From assembly GCA_019414055.1 (NCBI GenBank), contig DXMV01000025.1, positions 41,295-105,294 on the forward strand: DNA of 64,000 bases. The letters are read 5' to 3'. The notes below the pieces were generated by a model. That model did no database searches. It was not told where the DNA came from and was given only the letters and a program-made list of their open reading frames with translations. This document shows, piece by piece, positions 1-9,642 of this stretch (position 1 is the first letter of the stretch; each line of letters starts with the position of its first letter). The position numbers and the translations under genes are program-made. This DNA comes from Collinsella sp. GTDB lineage: Bacteria > Actinomycetota > Coriobacteriia > Coriobacteriales > Coriobacteriaceae.

Positions 1-234
1 ACGACCGCCAAGTTACACCTTTATTCCGTTGCAGCAGACGGAACGAGAACCGAAGAATTCGACGGAACCAAGCTTTTGGTTCCCCGTCGCATCGGTATCC
101 AAGAAGACTTCCCCTATCAAATGGAACTTGAAGGGTTCGATCGTGCGCGAGATGCCGACATCATTGCCGCAGCCATCGAATCCCCGCAGCACCTCATGAC
201 GCTGCGCTTCGACTTTAGCCCCGTCCTGTCCTAG
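1..234 (+). CDS. 3' end of a hypothetical protein truncated by the window edge
   Basis: Frame 1 is open from base 1 (TTAKLHLYS...FDFSPVLS) to TAG at 232-234. Confidence 0.6.
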   Translation, partial: TTAKLHLYSVAADGTRTEEFDGTKLLVPRRIGIQEDFPYQMELEGFDRARDADIIAAAIESPQHLMTLRFDFSPVLS

Positions 235-324
235 ACCGCTAACCGCCGCTTGGCTCGGATACTGAGTACCCCCCCTCCCCGTTCTGCTACGATTGCCACG
301 TTGGCATCAATTACAGGAGGGTTC

Positions 325-1041
325 ATGCCGGGTTTAGGAACGATCATCAACGTCGCGCTTTTGATTGCGGGCGGTCTGCTGGGCCTCATGGGCGGGCGCT
401 TCATTACGCCCCGCATCCAAGACACGCTCATGAAGGCGTCGGGGTTGTGCGTTCTGTTTATCGGCCTAGGCGGCACCATGCAAAAGATGCTCGTTATCGA
501 TGGAGAGGCGTTGGCGACCACCGGCACCACCATGCTTATCGTCTCATTTGCCCTCGGTTCGCTCATCGGCGAGGCCATCAACCTGGAGGCCGCCATCGAA
601 AACCTCGGCGAATGGCTCAAGCGCAAAACCGGCAGTGAGGGAGACAACGAGTTCACCAATGCCTTTGTCTCGGCATCGCTGACCGTCTGCATCGGTGCCA
701 TGGCTATCGTGGGTTCAATCCAAGATGGCCTGCTCGGCGACTGGTCCACACTTGCCCTCAAGGGCGCGCTGGACTGCATCATCGTCTGCACCATGACGGC
801 CTCGCTCGGCCGTGGCTGCATCTTCTCGGCCCTGCCCGTCGCCGTATTCCAGGGAACGATCACGCTCTTTGCCGGCGCGCTCTCCCCCATCATGACCACC
901 GCGGCCCTCGACAGCCTATCACTCGTGGGCTCTATGCTCATCTTCTGCGTCGGCGTCAACCTTATCCGTCCTCAGACCTTCCGCACGGCCAATATGCTCC
1001 CCTCCGTTGTCATAGCCGTCATCTACGCCCTCCTGTTCTAA
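325..1041 (+). CDS. DUF554 family membrane protein
   Basis: MPGLGTIINV start after a GGAGG RBS; hydrophobic; CIGAMAIVGSIQDGL and NMLPS motifs. Confidence 0.85.
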   Translation: MPGLGTIINVALLIAGGLLGLMGGRFITPRIQDTLMKASGLCVLFIGLGGTMQKMLVIDGEALATTGTTMLIVSFALGSLIGEAINLEAAIENLGEWLKRKTGSEGDNEFTNAFVSASLTVCIGAMAIVGSIQDGLLGDWSTLALKGALDCIIVCTMTASLGRGCIFSALPVAVFQGTITLFAGALSPIMTTAALDSLSLVGSMLIFCVGVNLIRPQTFRTANMLPSVVIAVIYALLF

Positions 1042-1061
1042 ACTATCTGCATAGTGGTATC

Positions 1062-1091
1062 TCGAACATCTGTTTGATGCTGTGCTATGAT
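1062..1091 (+). promoter_or_regulatory. LexA (Cheo/SOS) box-like site next to an extended -10 promoter
   Basis: TCGAACATCTGTTTGA (1062-1077) is one mismatch from TCGAAC-N4-GTTCGA; TGCTATGAT extended -10 follows. Confidence 0.6.
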
Positions 1092-1128
1092 ATGAGGTCA
1101 CCGAAGCTGCGTTAGGAGAGGAGAGACG

Positions 1129-2874
1129 GTGGCCGACCAGGACATCAAGATGCTCATCGAGCGCATTATGGCCGAGGCTCGAACCCATCAGTCCGCCCGC
1201 TTCTCAAATGAGATCTACGCAGACGAGCCGATTCTCAAGACCGGCCGGCAGATGCAGAACTTCCTCCCCGACCAGTACCGCAAGATGCGCGAGATATCGC
1301 GTTGGCAAGATGACCCCAAGGGCGGCGCGGGCCGCTGGCTTTCGGAGGCCGAGCTTTTCTACCGCCAAGGCCTGCTGATGGCCGACTTTGAGGACGACTG
1401 CCCCTACAACGGCACTTTTAAATCGTACTTTCCCACCTACAACGCCATGAGCGATCGGCAGCTGCGCGGCTATTTTACCTGGCGTGCCCAAGTGCGCCGC
1501 GGAACCGTCGAGGAAACGTCTACGTCCTTTGCCTTCCTGTATCTCTATGAGTTGATCTGCGGTATTGGCGTAGATGACCCACTCGATGGTTTTAGCAAGA
1601 TCAAAGCCTTTTGGGATGCCTATCGCACCTTCGAGCCCGGCATCGACCGGTTTGTACGCGTGTGGCTGCAGGATTACGCCGTATTCCACGGGCTCGACCC
1701 CAAGCTGCTTCGCGACTCTAAAACCGTCATGTTCGATAACGCCCTCATCGAGCTGCGCCGCGCAGCTCGAGACCTTGTACCCGCGCCGGCGCCGTCGGAC
1801 CAGGCCCCCAAACGTCGCAAGACCTCCGGGCCCACGCTTCCCCTTCCGCCCGATGAGGCGCATGAGGAGCGGCTCATGGCTGCCATCGACGCGCTCTCGA
1901 CGTACAACCTGAATAACTCACGGCTCGACCGCTCCCACCATCGCGACCTGCGCCACGTGGCATGCGCCGTGTATGTCCGTATGGCGCGCTACTATGACAC
2001 GCACCGAAAGACCGGCATCGTAGCGAGCTTGTTTGGGGAGGAGACGGCCATGCCCTACACCATGTTTGCCTCGGCCGTGTTCTTTGCGCCCGAGCGCCAC
2101 GGAGACTGCGAATATCGTCTGGACCCCATTCACATCTACCGCTGCCAAAATGGCTTTTGGGAATGCATGCGCGTCCACGGCAGCAGACAAAAAAGCAGCA
2201 AGCTCGGTGAGATGATGCGCGCTTGCGATCAGCGCCTGCGCTTGGCACTGGATCCCGGCCATCCCCTTAAGGAAGAGAAGGTCCCCAAATATCTGGCTAA
2301 GATTATCGATGACGAGATCGTGGCATGGCTTTCATGGGATGCCGCACATCAGCCCGTCAAGATCGATATCGACCTGAGCCAGCTGGGGCACATTCGGAGC
2401 GCCGCCGCGCAAACGCGTGAAGCGCTTTTGATCGATGAGGAGCGCGAGGACGGCACGCTTGCGGATGCCGAAGTGGCGGTTGCCGAACGACGGGAAGCCG
2501 AGCCCGTGGCCGACACGATCGCCGAACCCGTCGCGACGGCCATGCAGCAGGACGAGGCTAGCGAGCCGACCATCTCCACCGAGCAGTTTGGCGTCGTAGC
2601 ACCGCTTCTCGCGCCGACGCCCACGCCCGCCGACACCGCGTCCGCACTCGACCCCGCCGCAGACGCCTATCTTCGAGCACTACTCGAGCAAAACGCAGCA
2701 CAGACGGCATCGGCGGTGGAACAGTCGGGCAAGAGTGAGGACATGCTCGTCGATAGCATCAACGAAGCGCTCTTTGACCTGGTGGGCGACACCGTTATTG
2801 AATTTGGCTCAGCAGGACCGCAAATTATCGAGGACTACGAAGCAGACGTGAGAGGATACTTAGACCATGAGTGA
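1129..2874 (+). CDS. TerB-N / TerB-C domain protein
   Basis: YFPTYNAMSDRQLRGYFTWR...FLYLYEL (TerB-N-like) and C-terminal DMLVDSINEALFDLVGDTVIE (TerB-C-like); overlaps next gene. Confidence 0.8.
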   Translation: MADQDIKMLIERIMAEARTHQSARFSNEIYADEPILKTGRQMQNFLPDQYRKMREISRWQDDPKGGAGRWLSEAELFYRQGLLMADFEDDCPYNGTFKSYFPTYNAMSDRQLRGYFTWRAQVRRGTVEETSTSFAFLYLYELICGIGVDDPLDGFSKIKAFWDAYRTFEPGIDRFVRVWLQDYAVFHGLDPKLLRDSKTVMFDNALIELRRAARDLVPAPAPSDQAPKRRKTSGPTLPLPPDEAHEERLMAAIDALSTYNLNNSRLDRSHHRDLRHVACAVYVRMARYYDTHRKTGIVASLFGEETAMPYTMFASAVFFAPERHGDCEYRLDPIHIYRCQNGFWECMRVHGSRQKSSKLGEMMRACDQRLRLALDPGHPLKEEKVPKYLAKIIDDEIVAWLSWDAAHQPVKIDIDLSQLGHIRSAAAQTREALLIDEEREDGTLADAEVAVAERREAEPVADTIAEPVATAMQQDEASEPTISTEQFGVVAPLLAPTPTPADTASALDPAADAYLRALLEQNAAQTASAVEQSGKSEDMLVDSINEALFDLVGDTVIEFGSAGPQIIEDYEADVRGYLDHE

Positions 2875-4171
2875 TACCGCATCCGCAGCACCCCGTGTGC
2901 CCAAGCGCGTCGCCGCCGTCATTCTCAACTCGCTCAAGGGCGGCGTTGTCCCGCGCATTGGCCTTCCCTATATCACCGTGGGGCGAGAGATCGAGATCCG
3001 TGCTCTGCTCACCGATCTGAGCCTCATCGCCGATGGCGGCGCAAGCTTCCGTTTTCTAGTCGGTCGCTACGGCGCCGGCAAGAGCTTTTTGCTCCAGACC
3101 ATCCGAACACATGCCATGGGCGAGGGCTTTGTGGTCGCCGATGCCGACCTTTCCCCCGAACGCCGTCTACAGGGCGGCCAGGGCCAGGGCCTTGCCACCT
3201 ATCGCGAGCTCATCCGCAACATATCGACCAAGACGCGCCCCGAGGGCGGCGCGCTCAACCTTATCCTGGATCGCTGGGTCGCCTCGTGTGCCGACGCCGA
3301 TGAGTCTGCCGTTAATGCCCAACTGGCCCCGCTCGAGGAGATGGTCCACGGCTTTGACTTCACCCGCATGCTCCGCCGCTATCGCACGGCCGCATCCGAG
3401 GGCGACGAAGAGGCCATGAGCCGCGTGACCAAATGGATCCGCGGCGAGTACCGCACCAAGAGCGAGGCTCGCGCCGAACTGGGCTCCTCGACCATCATCA
3501 GCGACGACGACTGGTACGACTACGTTAAGCTCATTGCGCGCTTTTTGGTCTGCAGCGGCTACAAGGGCATGCTGGTACTCATCGACGAGCTCGTGAATCT
3601 GTATAAGATTCCCAACGCGATCACGCGACAGTACAACTACGAGAAAATCCTAACGATGTACAACGACACGCTCCAGGGCAAAGCGCAGTACCTGGGCATG
3701 ATCATGGGCGGCACGCCGACCTCTATCGAGGACCGCCGCCGCGGCGTCTTTTCCTACGAAGCCCTTCGGAGCCGTCTCGCTCAGGGCCGTTTTGTGCGCG
3801 ATGATCTCAAAGACATGCTCGCTCCCATCATCCGCCTGCAGCCACTCACCTACGAGGAGCTGCTGGTGCTCATCGAAAAGCTCATGCAAATTCACGCCGG
3901 CTACTTTGGCTGGACGCCCACGCTTACCGAGAACGACTTGGTGGACTTCCTCAAGATTGAGTTTGGCCGCGTGGGGGCCGACACGCATCTGACGCCCCGC
4001 GAGGTCATCCGCGACTTTATCGAACTGCTCGATATCCTGTGTCAAAACCCCGATGCTAACGTGGCCGAGTTACTGCAAAGCGTCGGTGGCGACGCGCTGG
4101 CGCCGGCAGCCGCAACAGACGACACCGGCACCGCAGGCGGCGACCGCAACTTCGCCGAGTTCACCATCTAA
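2867..4171 (+). CDS. DUF2791 / BrxD-like P-loop ATPase
   Basis: NSLKGGVVPRIG N-terminus, Walker A GRYGAGKS, Walker B LVLIDE, C-terminal TPREVIRDFI. Confidence 0.85.
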   Translation: MSDTASAAPRVPKRVAAVILNSLKGGVVPRIGLPYITVGREIEIRALLTDLSLIADGGASFRFLVGRYGAGKSFLLQTIRTHAMGEGFVVADADLSPERRLQGGQGQGLATYRELIRNISTKTRPEGGALNLILDRWVASCADADESAVNAQLAPLEEMVHGFDFTRMLRRYRTAASEGDEEAMSRVTKWIRGEYRTKSEARAELGSSTIISDDDWYDYVKLIARFLVCSGYKGMLVLIDELVNLYKIPNAITRQYNYEKILTMYNDTLQGKAQYLGMIMGGTPTSIEDRRRGVFSYEALRSRLAQGRFVRDDLKDMLAPIIRLQPLTYEELLVLIEKLMQIHAGYFGWTPTLTENDLVDFLKIEFGRVGADTHLTPREVIRDFIELLDILCQNPDANVAELLQSVGGDALAPAAATDDTGTAGGDRNFAEFTI

Positions 4172-4215
4172 CCTGCCAAAAAGGGACAGGTTTATTTTGG
4201 TAGGTTTTATCTGGG
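4170..4215. repeat. REP-like palindrome, single unit of the element at 48295-48396
   Basis: AACCTGCCAAAAAGGGACAGGTTTATTTTGGTAGGTTTTATCTGGG, nearly identical to 48295-48339. Confidence 0.75.
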
Positions 4216-4287
4216 CAAACGTTGAGACGGCAATGCAGCAAACCATTGCCAGCCGCGTTAAGAGGTTCGTATTTGAGAGGAGGCCCC

Positions 4288-6732
4288 GTGAACGCCTTTG
4301 ACCGATATGCCCCGTTTATCCAGGATTTCATTTACTCCCACGATTGGGAGAGTCTGCGCTCCATCCAGGTTGCGGCGGCAGATGCCATCTTCAACACGCA
4401 AGACAATGTGCTCCTAACGGCATCCACGGCATCTGGCAAAACTGAGGCGGCCTTCTTTCCCATCCTGACCGAGTTTTGGGAGAACCCGCCCGCGAGCGTG
4501 GGCGCCCTCTACATTGGCCCCCTCAAAGCACTCATCAACGACCAGTTCGTTCGCCTCAACGATCTGTGCGAAGAGGCCGATATCCCCGTCTGGCACTGGC
4601 ACGGAGATGTCTCGCAGTCGCACAAGGCAAAGCTCATCAAAAAGCCGAGCGGTATCCTACAGATTACGCCCGAATCACTCGAGGCACTCCTGATCCACAA
4701 GCACATGGCAATCCCGCGTATGTTCTGCGACCTGCGCTATGTGGTCATCGACGAGGTCCACTCGCTCATGCGCGGTGATCGCGGCGGGCAGACACTCTGC
4801 CTTATCGAGCGTCTTTCGCGCATGGCGGGTGTGCGGCCCCGGCGCATCGGCCTTTCGGCCACCATCGGGGACCCGGAACGCACGGGTGCCTTCCTGTCGC
4901 AGGGGACGGGACGCGACTGCGTCATCCCCCGCTTTGAGGAGCCGCGCCGCGTGTGGCGTATCTCCATGGAGCACTTCTACAACTCGGGCCCCCAGGCGCA
5001 GCAGCGAGGATTCACGAGCACAGGTCCGCAGGAAGCTGAGGTGCTCGCATGCGAGCGCATTGAGGCGGCACCGCCCGCGGCACTGCCCGTCAGCACCCAA
5101 GACATGCGTCATAGCGGGCAACTCACACAGGAGGAACGGCGCCAACGTCGCGGGCAGGCACGGGGCAAGGCTGCCCCCAAGGACCGTCGCACTTCCTCGG
5201 CCCCCGAGGGCGAAGTCGACATCCCGCAGGCAACCGAACAGGCACTGCTCAACCCCACCGACACCGCACCCGACAACGCCGACCCCGGCATGGGCTACAT
5301 CTTTGAACATACCCGCGGCCGCAAGTGCCTGATCTTTGCCAACTCGCGCGAGGAGGCAGAGGCCGTGTGCTCCATGTTGCGCAGCTACTGTGAAAACCGG
5401 CACGAGCCAGACCGCTTCCTTATCCATCATGGCAACCTCTCGGCATCGCTACGCGAGACCGCCGAGGAGCTCATGCGCGACGAAGAACAGGCACAGACAA
5501 CCGTCACCACCTCCACGCTGGAACTCGGCATTGATATCGGTCGCCTGGAGCGCGCGTTCCAGATCGATGCACCGTTTACCGTCAGCTCCTTTTTGCAGCG
5601 TATGGGCCGCACGGGACGCCGCGATCTTCCGCCCGAGATGTGGTTTGTCATGCGCGAGGAGGAGCCCGAGCCGCGCACGATGATGCCCGAAACGATACCC
5701 TGGAAGCTCCTGCAGGGCATCGCGCTCGTACAACTCTATCGCGAAGAAAAGTGGGTCGAGCCGCCCGAGCTCGATCGACTCCCCTACAGTTTGCTCTATC
5801 ACCAGACCATGTCGACGCTCGCCAGCACCGGCGAGCTCACACCGGCCGAGCTTGCTCAGCGTGTGCTCACGCTCAGCTATTTCCACCGCGTCTCGGCCGA
5901 TGACTATCGCGTACTGCTGCGCCACCTCATCAAGATCGACCACATCCAGGTCACCGAGGGCGGTGGGCTCATCGTGGGCCTCGCGGGCGAGCGCATCATC
6001 AACAACTTTAAGTTCTACGCTGTGTTCCAGGAAAACGAGGAGTTTACCGTTCGCAGCGAATCGGCCGAGCTGGGCACGATCGTCAATCCCCCACCGCCCG
6101 GTGAGCGCATCGCTATCGCCGGACACTGCTGGATTGTCGAGGAAGTGGACTGGAAGCGTCATACTGTCTTTGCCACGCAGGTCAAGGGCCGTGTGCCGGC
6201 CTACTTTGGCGACTGCCCCGGCGACATCAATACACACGTACTCGAGCGCATGCGCAAGGCGCTCAACGAGCACACGGCATATCCGTACCTCATGGGCAAC
6301 GCACGGGCACGCCTTACACAGGCTCGTCATACCGCCGAGATTTCGGGCGCGGGAACTAAACCGCTTATCAACCTTGGCGGCGACACCTGGGTACTCTTCC
6401 CCTGGCTGGGCAGTTACGCCTTTCTGGCGCTCGAACGTATGCTCAAGATTAAATGCGCCGCGGAGCTTGGCCTTCGCGGACTCGACCCTTCACGCCCGTA
6501 CTTTATGCAGTTTAAGATGAAGGCCGACGAGGAGACGTTCTTTGAGGTGCTCGCTTCCGAGGCCGAAAAGGGCTTCGACCCCATCGAGCTCGTCTACCCC
6601 GGCGAGGTGCCTTACTTTGATCGCTACGACGAATTCGTTCCCGAGGAGCTCGTGCGCAAAGGCTTCGCCGAAGGCGTGCTCGACATAGAGGGCATGAAGC
6701 AGCGTGTCCTCGGATGGCGTGACCACGCCTAA
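4288..6732 (+). CDS. Lhr-like (BrxHI-like) SF2 DEAD/DEAH helicase
   Basis: GTG start after GAGAGGAGG; TASGKT, PLKALIND, DEVH, SAT, HHG, TLELGIDIG, QRMGRTGRR motifs. Confidence 0.9.
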   Translation: MNAFDRYAPFIQDFIYSHDWESLRSIQVAAADAIFNTQDNVLLTASTASGKTEAAFFPILTEFWENPPASVGALYIGPLKALINDQFVRLNDLCEEADIPVWHWHGDVSQSHKAKLIKKPSGILQITPESLEALLIHKHMAIPRMFCDLRYVVIDEVHSLMRGDRGGQTLCLIERLSRMAGVRPRRIGLSATIGDPERTGAFLSQGTGRDCVIPRFEEPRRVWRISMEHFYNSGPQAQQRGFTSTGPQEAEVLACERIEAAPPAALPVSTQDMRHSGQLTQEERRQRRGQARGKAAPKDRRTSSAPEGEVDIPQATEQALLNPTDTAPDNADPGMGYIFEHTRGRKCLIFANSREEAEAVCSMLRSYCENRHEPDRFLIHHGNLSASLRETAEELMRDEEQAQTTVTTSTLELGIDIGRLERAFQIDAPFTVSSFLQRMGRTGRRDLPPEMWFVMREEEPEPRTMMPETIPWKLLQGIALVQLYREEKWVEPPELDRLPYSLLYHQTMSTLASTGELTPAELAQRVLTLSYFHRVSADDYRVLLRHLIKIDHIQVTEGGGLIVGLAGERIINNFKFYAVFQENEEFTVRSESAELGTIVNPPPPGERIAIAGHCWIVEEVDWKRHTVFATQVKGRVPAYFGDCPGDINTHVLERMRKALNEHTAYPYLMGNARARLTQARHTAEISGAGTKPLINLGGDTWVLFPWLGSYAFLALERMLKIKCAAELGLRGLDPSRPYFMQFKMKADEETFFEVLASEAEKGFDPIELVYPGEVPYFDRYDEFVPEELVRKGFAEGVLDIEGMKQRVLGWRDHA

Positions 6733-6758
6733 GGCCAGTCTTTTTAGGACGGAGAGAC

Positions 6759-7637
6759 TTACTTGTCGTGAAGGACGGTGCCGAGGAAGTCGGTGTCGAA
6801 GGGCACGGCTTCGGCAAAAGCGTAGTCGCCGTCGCTGGCGATGAGCAGGTAGTTCTCCTCGCCGCCGAACTCCGCATCGCCACATGGGACCACCCAGGCG
6901 TGGGCGAACACCTCGAGTGCCGTGGCAGCGCAGTCGCGCAGGAACGTCACATCGCTCCCCTCGCTTGCGCTCACGATATTGGCCACGTAGATACCCCCGG
7001 GGTTCAGGCTGCCCCGCACTAAACGCAACGCCTCAACGGTCGCCAGCTCGCGCACGGGCTCGGCACCGCCAAAGCAATCGCTCACGACCACGTCGTAGCG
7101 ACGATGGCCCACGCTCGTCACGCCCAGATACGAGCGAGCCTCAGCGGTAATCACCCGCAGGCGGTCGCCCACCATGCGCTCCAGCTCGTCCAGGTAAAAC
7201 CAACGACGTGCCAGGCGCGTAATCTCGGCATCGTACTCAATGACGTCCATGCGCAAGCTCTCGTGCGACATCAGCGCAAACTTGGGATAGGCAAACCCGC
7301 CGCCGCCCAGCATGAGCATGCGGTCGATACCGTGACCATAGGCGTCATGCATTGCGCGCTCGGCCTCAAACACGTCGTCAAACGCACGATAGTACGCAAA
7401 GACGGGCTCTGCCCAACGCTCGCCAACGTAGCTCGCGCTTTGGTAGACCCCACCCTGCACCAACACGCGGACCTCGCCGCCGCCCTCATCGTGCACGCGC
7501 TTCACGCGCGCCAGTCCATTGCGGGTCCTCGCGACCTGCAAACAGGCAGCGCGAACAGCGACGGCGGCCGCACCAAGCGCCGCAGCACCTAGGGCAACGC
7601 CGGCGACGACACCAGCAGAAACACTCGGCTTGTTCAT
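6759..7637 (-). CDS. Spermidine-synthase-like class I SAM-dependent transferase with N-terminal membrane anchor
   Basis: LMLGGGGF, VIEYD, YDVVVSDCF, LNPGGIYVANI; starts immediately after the elp3 stop. Confidence 0.75.
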   Translation of the reverse strand: MNKPSVSAGVVAGVALGAAALGAAAVAVRAACLQVARTRNGLARVKRVHDEGGGEVRVLVQGGVYQSASYVGERWAEPVFAYYRAFDDVFEAERAMHDAYGHGIDRMLMLGGGGFAYPKFALMSHESLRMDVIEYDAEITRLARRWFYLDELERMVGDRLRVITAEARSYLGVTSVGHRRYDVVVSDCFGGAEPVRELATVEALRLVRGSLNPGGIYVANIVSASEGSDVTFLRDCAATALEVFAHAWVVPCGDAEFGGEENYLLIASDGDYAFAEAVPFDTDFLGTVLHDK

Positions 7638-9545
7638 CTAGAGCTCCTTTTGCAGATAGAGTCCATGGTCGTAAAAACCCAAATGGCGATAGTACTCACG
7701 CGTGCCGATCGCGCTGATCACGTTGATGTGCGTATACCCCGCGTCCCGAACAATCTCGCACGCACGCTCTACGAGCAAACGCCCCAACCCGTGATGCTGC
7801 GCCGCCTGGCCCTGGTCGCCCACACGTGCCGCCATGCCATACACGTGCACCTCGCGAATCATCGCCTCGTCCGGCGTCGTCGGCAACTCGTCCGCATGTG
7901 CGGCAACAAAAGCGCGGTCGGGAAGCGACAGCCGCAAAAAGCCCGCAATCTTGCCCTCGGGCGTCACCCATTGCAAAAAGCGCTCGTGCGTCACCGGCGT
8001 CTCGTACGTCACTTCCTCGTCAAGGGTCAACTCGTCCAGGTCGGCACCCGCCGTGCTGATCTCGCGATAGCGGATCTCACGCACCGTCGCGCCTTCTCCA
8101 CGAGCCGACAAGCGGTTCTCAACGAGCTGGCGCAGGTTGGGTTTCTTGTTGCCCACCATAATGTCGTCGGAACTAAAGTCGCGAATCATACGGCTAATGC
8201 GGCAGAACGCCGGCGTCACTACGATGTCGTCGGCCAACACATCGAGCAGCTCTTCCTCGGTATAGGGACGCCACTCGCCGCGCTCATAGCAGCCCACCAG
8301 ACGCGAGCCCTCGATGAGCGCGCACGGGTAGACCTTGACCTCGTCGGGCATAAAGGCGCCCTCGGTCATAAAGCGCTCGTAGTCACGCTTGTCCCCCTCG
8401 GGAGTGGCGCCCAGCAAGTTGAGCATAAAGTGCGCGTGGATCTTAAAGCCAAATAGGCGCGCGAGCGAAAACGCTCGCTCGATCTGTGCCACCGTAATAC
8501 GGCGCTCGTTAATGTCGAGCAGGCGCTGGTCAAGACTCTGGATGCCCATCTGTATCTTGGTGCAGCCCAGGCGGCGGATGAGCGTAAGCGCCTGCGGCGT
8601 TACGGCATCGGGGCGCGTCTCGATAACGAGTCCCACCACGCGATGCTTCGCCATCTCGTTGATGCGCTGCTGACGCTCGAGCTCCTCCATCGTTGCCGTC
8701 TGCCACTCGGCAACCTCACCCCACGGCGTACCGGGGCCGTACAGGCGTCGCACTGCACGGTTATAGCCACCCACGGCAGCATCTACGCGCCCCTGCTCGT
8801 CGGCAACGCCAGCAGCGGGCTCAGCCTCGTCTGTCGCAATGCCGGCGGCCCGATAGCGCTCGCGACGCTCCGCCACCACCGGCGGCAGGGCATCGGCGGG
8901 AGCGTCATCGAGCAGGCGCCCCGCCTCGGCACGACTGATGCCCGGACGCGCCAGCATGGGGTTGGCCGCCACGCCGGCGACGGCATCGTCATTGAGCGCA
9001 CGGAAAAGCTCCGACATAAACCACGTCTGATACCCTTGCGGATAGTCGCTCCAGGTACCGCCGAGCACGATGAGCTCGATCTTGTCGGTCGCATGCCCCA
9101 TCTGCGAAAGCGCGGTCAGGCGAGCGCTCACCTGCAGATACGGGTCGAAGCAGCTTTGCTCCGCACGGGCGCACGCCGGCTCAGCGTGCAGATAGCTCTT
9201 GGGCATGCGCAGGTCGTTGGGGCAAAACAGGCAATCGCCCGAACAGGGCCACGGCTTGGTGATGACGGTAATGGTCGCTACGCCCGAAGCCGTGCGGCGA
9301 GGCTTCATACGCAGCACCTGCAGCAGTTGACGTTCCAGATCGGCATCGACATTCCACCCAGCCCAACGAGCCGGTTCCTCACGTTTAACCCGCTGGTAGA
9401 ACGGCAGCAGACGGCGCTTGGCCAGGTCGCGTTTGTCGGCACCCTCGCGGCGTGCCTCGGCATGTATCAGTTTGACGAGCGCCTTGTCGTCCACGGTCTC
9501 ACCGCGGCGCAGAGCCTCGAGTATGTTCAAGATAATCTGTTCCAT
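7638..9545 (-). CDS. elp3: Elp3 family radical-SAM / acetyltransferase (tRNA U34 carboxymethylation)
   Basis: KPRRTASGVA, CSGDCLFCP, MPKSY, LIVLGGTW, ETRPD, FLRL, IREVHVYG, QHHGLGRLL, ISAIGTREYY. Confidence 0.9.
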   Translation of the reverse strand: MEQIILNILEALRRGETVDDKALVKLIHAEARREGADKRDLAKRRLLPFYQRVKREEPARWAGWNVDADLERQLLQVLRMKPRRTASGVATITVITKPWPCSGDCLFCPNDLRMPKSYLHAEPACARAEQSCFDPYLQVSARLTALSQMGHATDKIELIVLGGTWSDYPQGYQTWFMSELFRALNDDAVAGVAANPMLARPGISRAEAGRLLDDAPADALPPVVAERRERYRAAGIATDEAEPAAGVADEQGRVDAAVGGYNRAVRRLYGPGTPWGEVAEWQTATMEELERQQRINEMAKHRVVGLVIETRPDAVTPQALTLIRRLGCTKIQMGIQSLDQRLLDINERRITVAQIERAFSLARLFGFKIHAHFMLNLLGATPEGDKRDYERFMTEGAFMPDEVKVYPCALIEGSRLVGCYERGEWRPYTEEELLDVLADDIVVTPAFCRISRMIRDFSSDDIMVGNKKPNLRQLVENRLSARGEGATVREIRYREISTAGADLDELTLDEEVTYETPVTHERFLQWVTPEGKIAGFLRLSLPDRAFVAAHADELPTTPDEAMIREVHVYGMAARVGDQGQAAQHHGLGRLLVERACEIVRDAGYTHINVISAIGTREYYRHLGFYDHGLYLQKEL

Positions 9546-9642
9546 GTCCCCATTGTAAAGGCAAAGGCGCCGGAGCCAGTCACGGCCCCGGCGCCTCCAT
9601 CAAAGAGCATGCCTATATGTACCGATCTCCGAAAACCGCCCA

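Noticed and set aside
1129..6732. Complete BREX system or tellurite resistance operon
   Set aside because: No pglZ, pglX or brxC, and no terC/terD/terZ in the window
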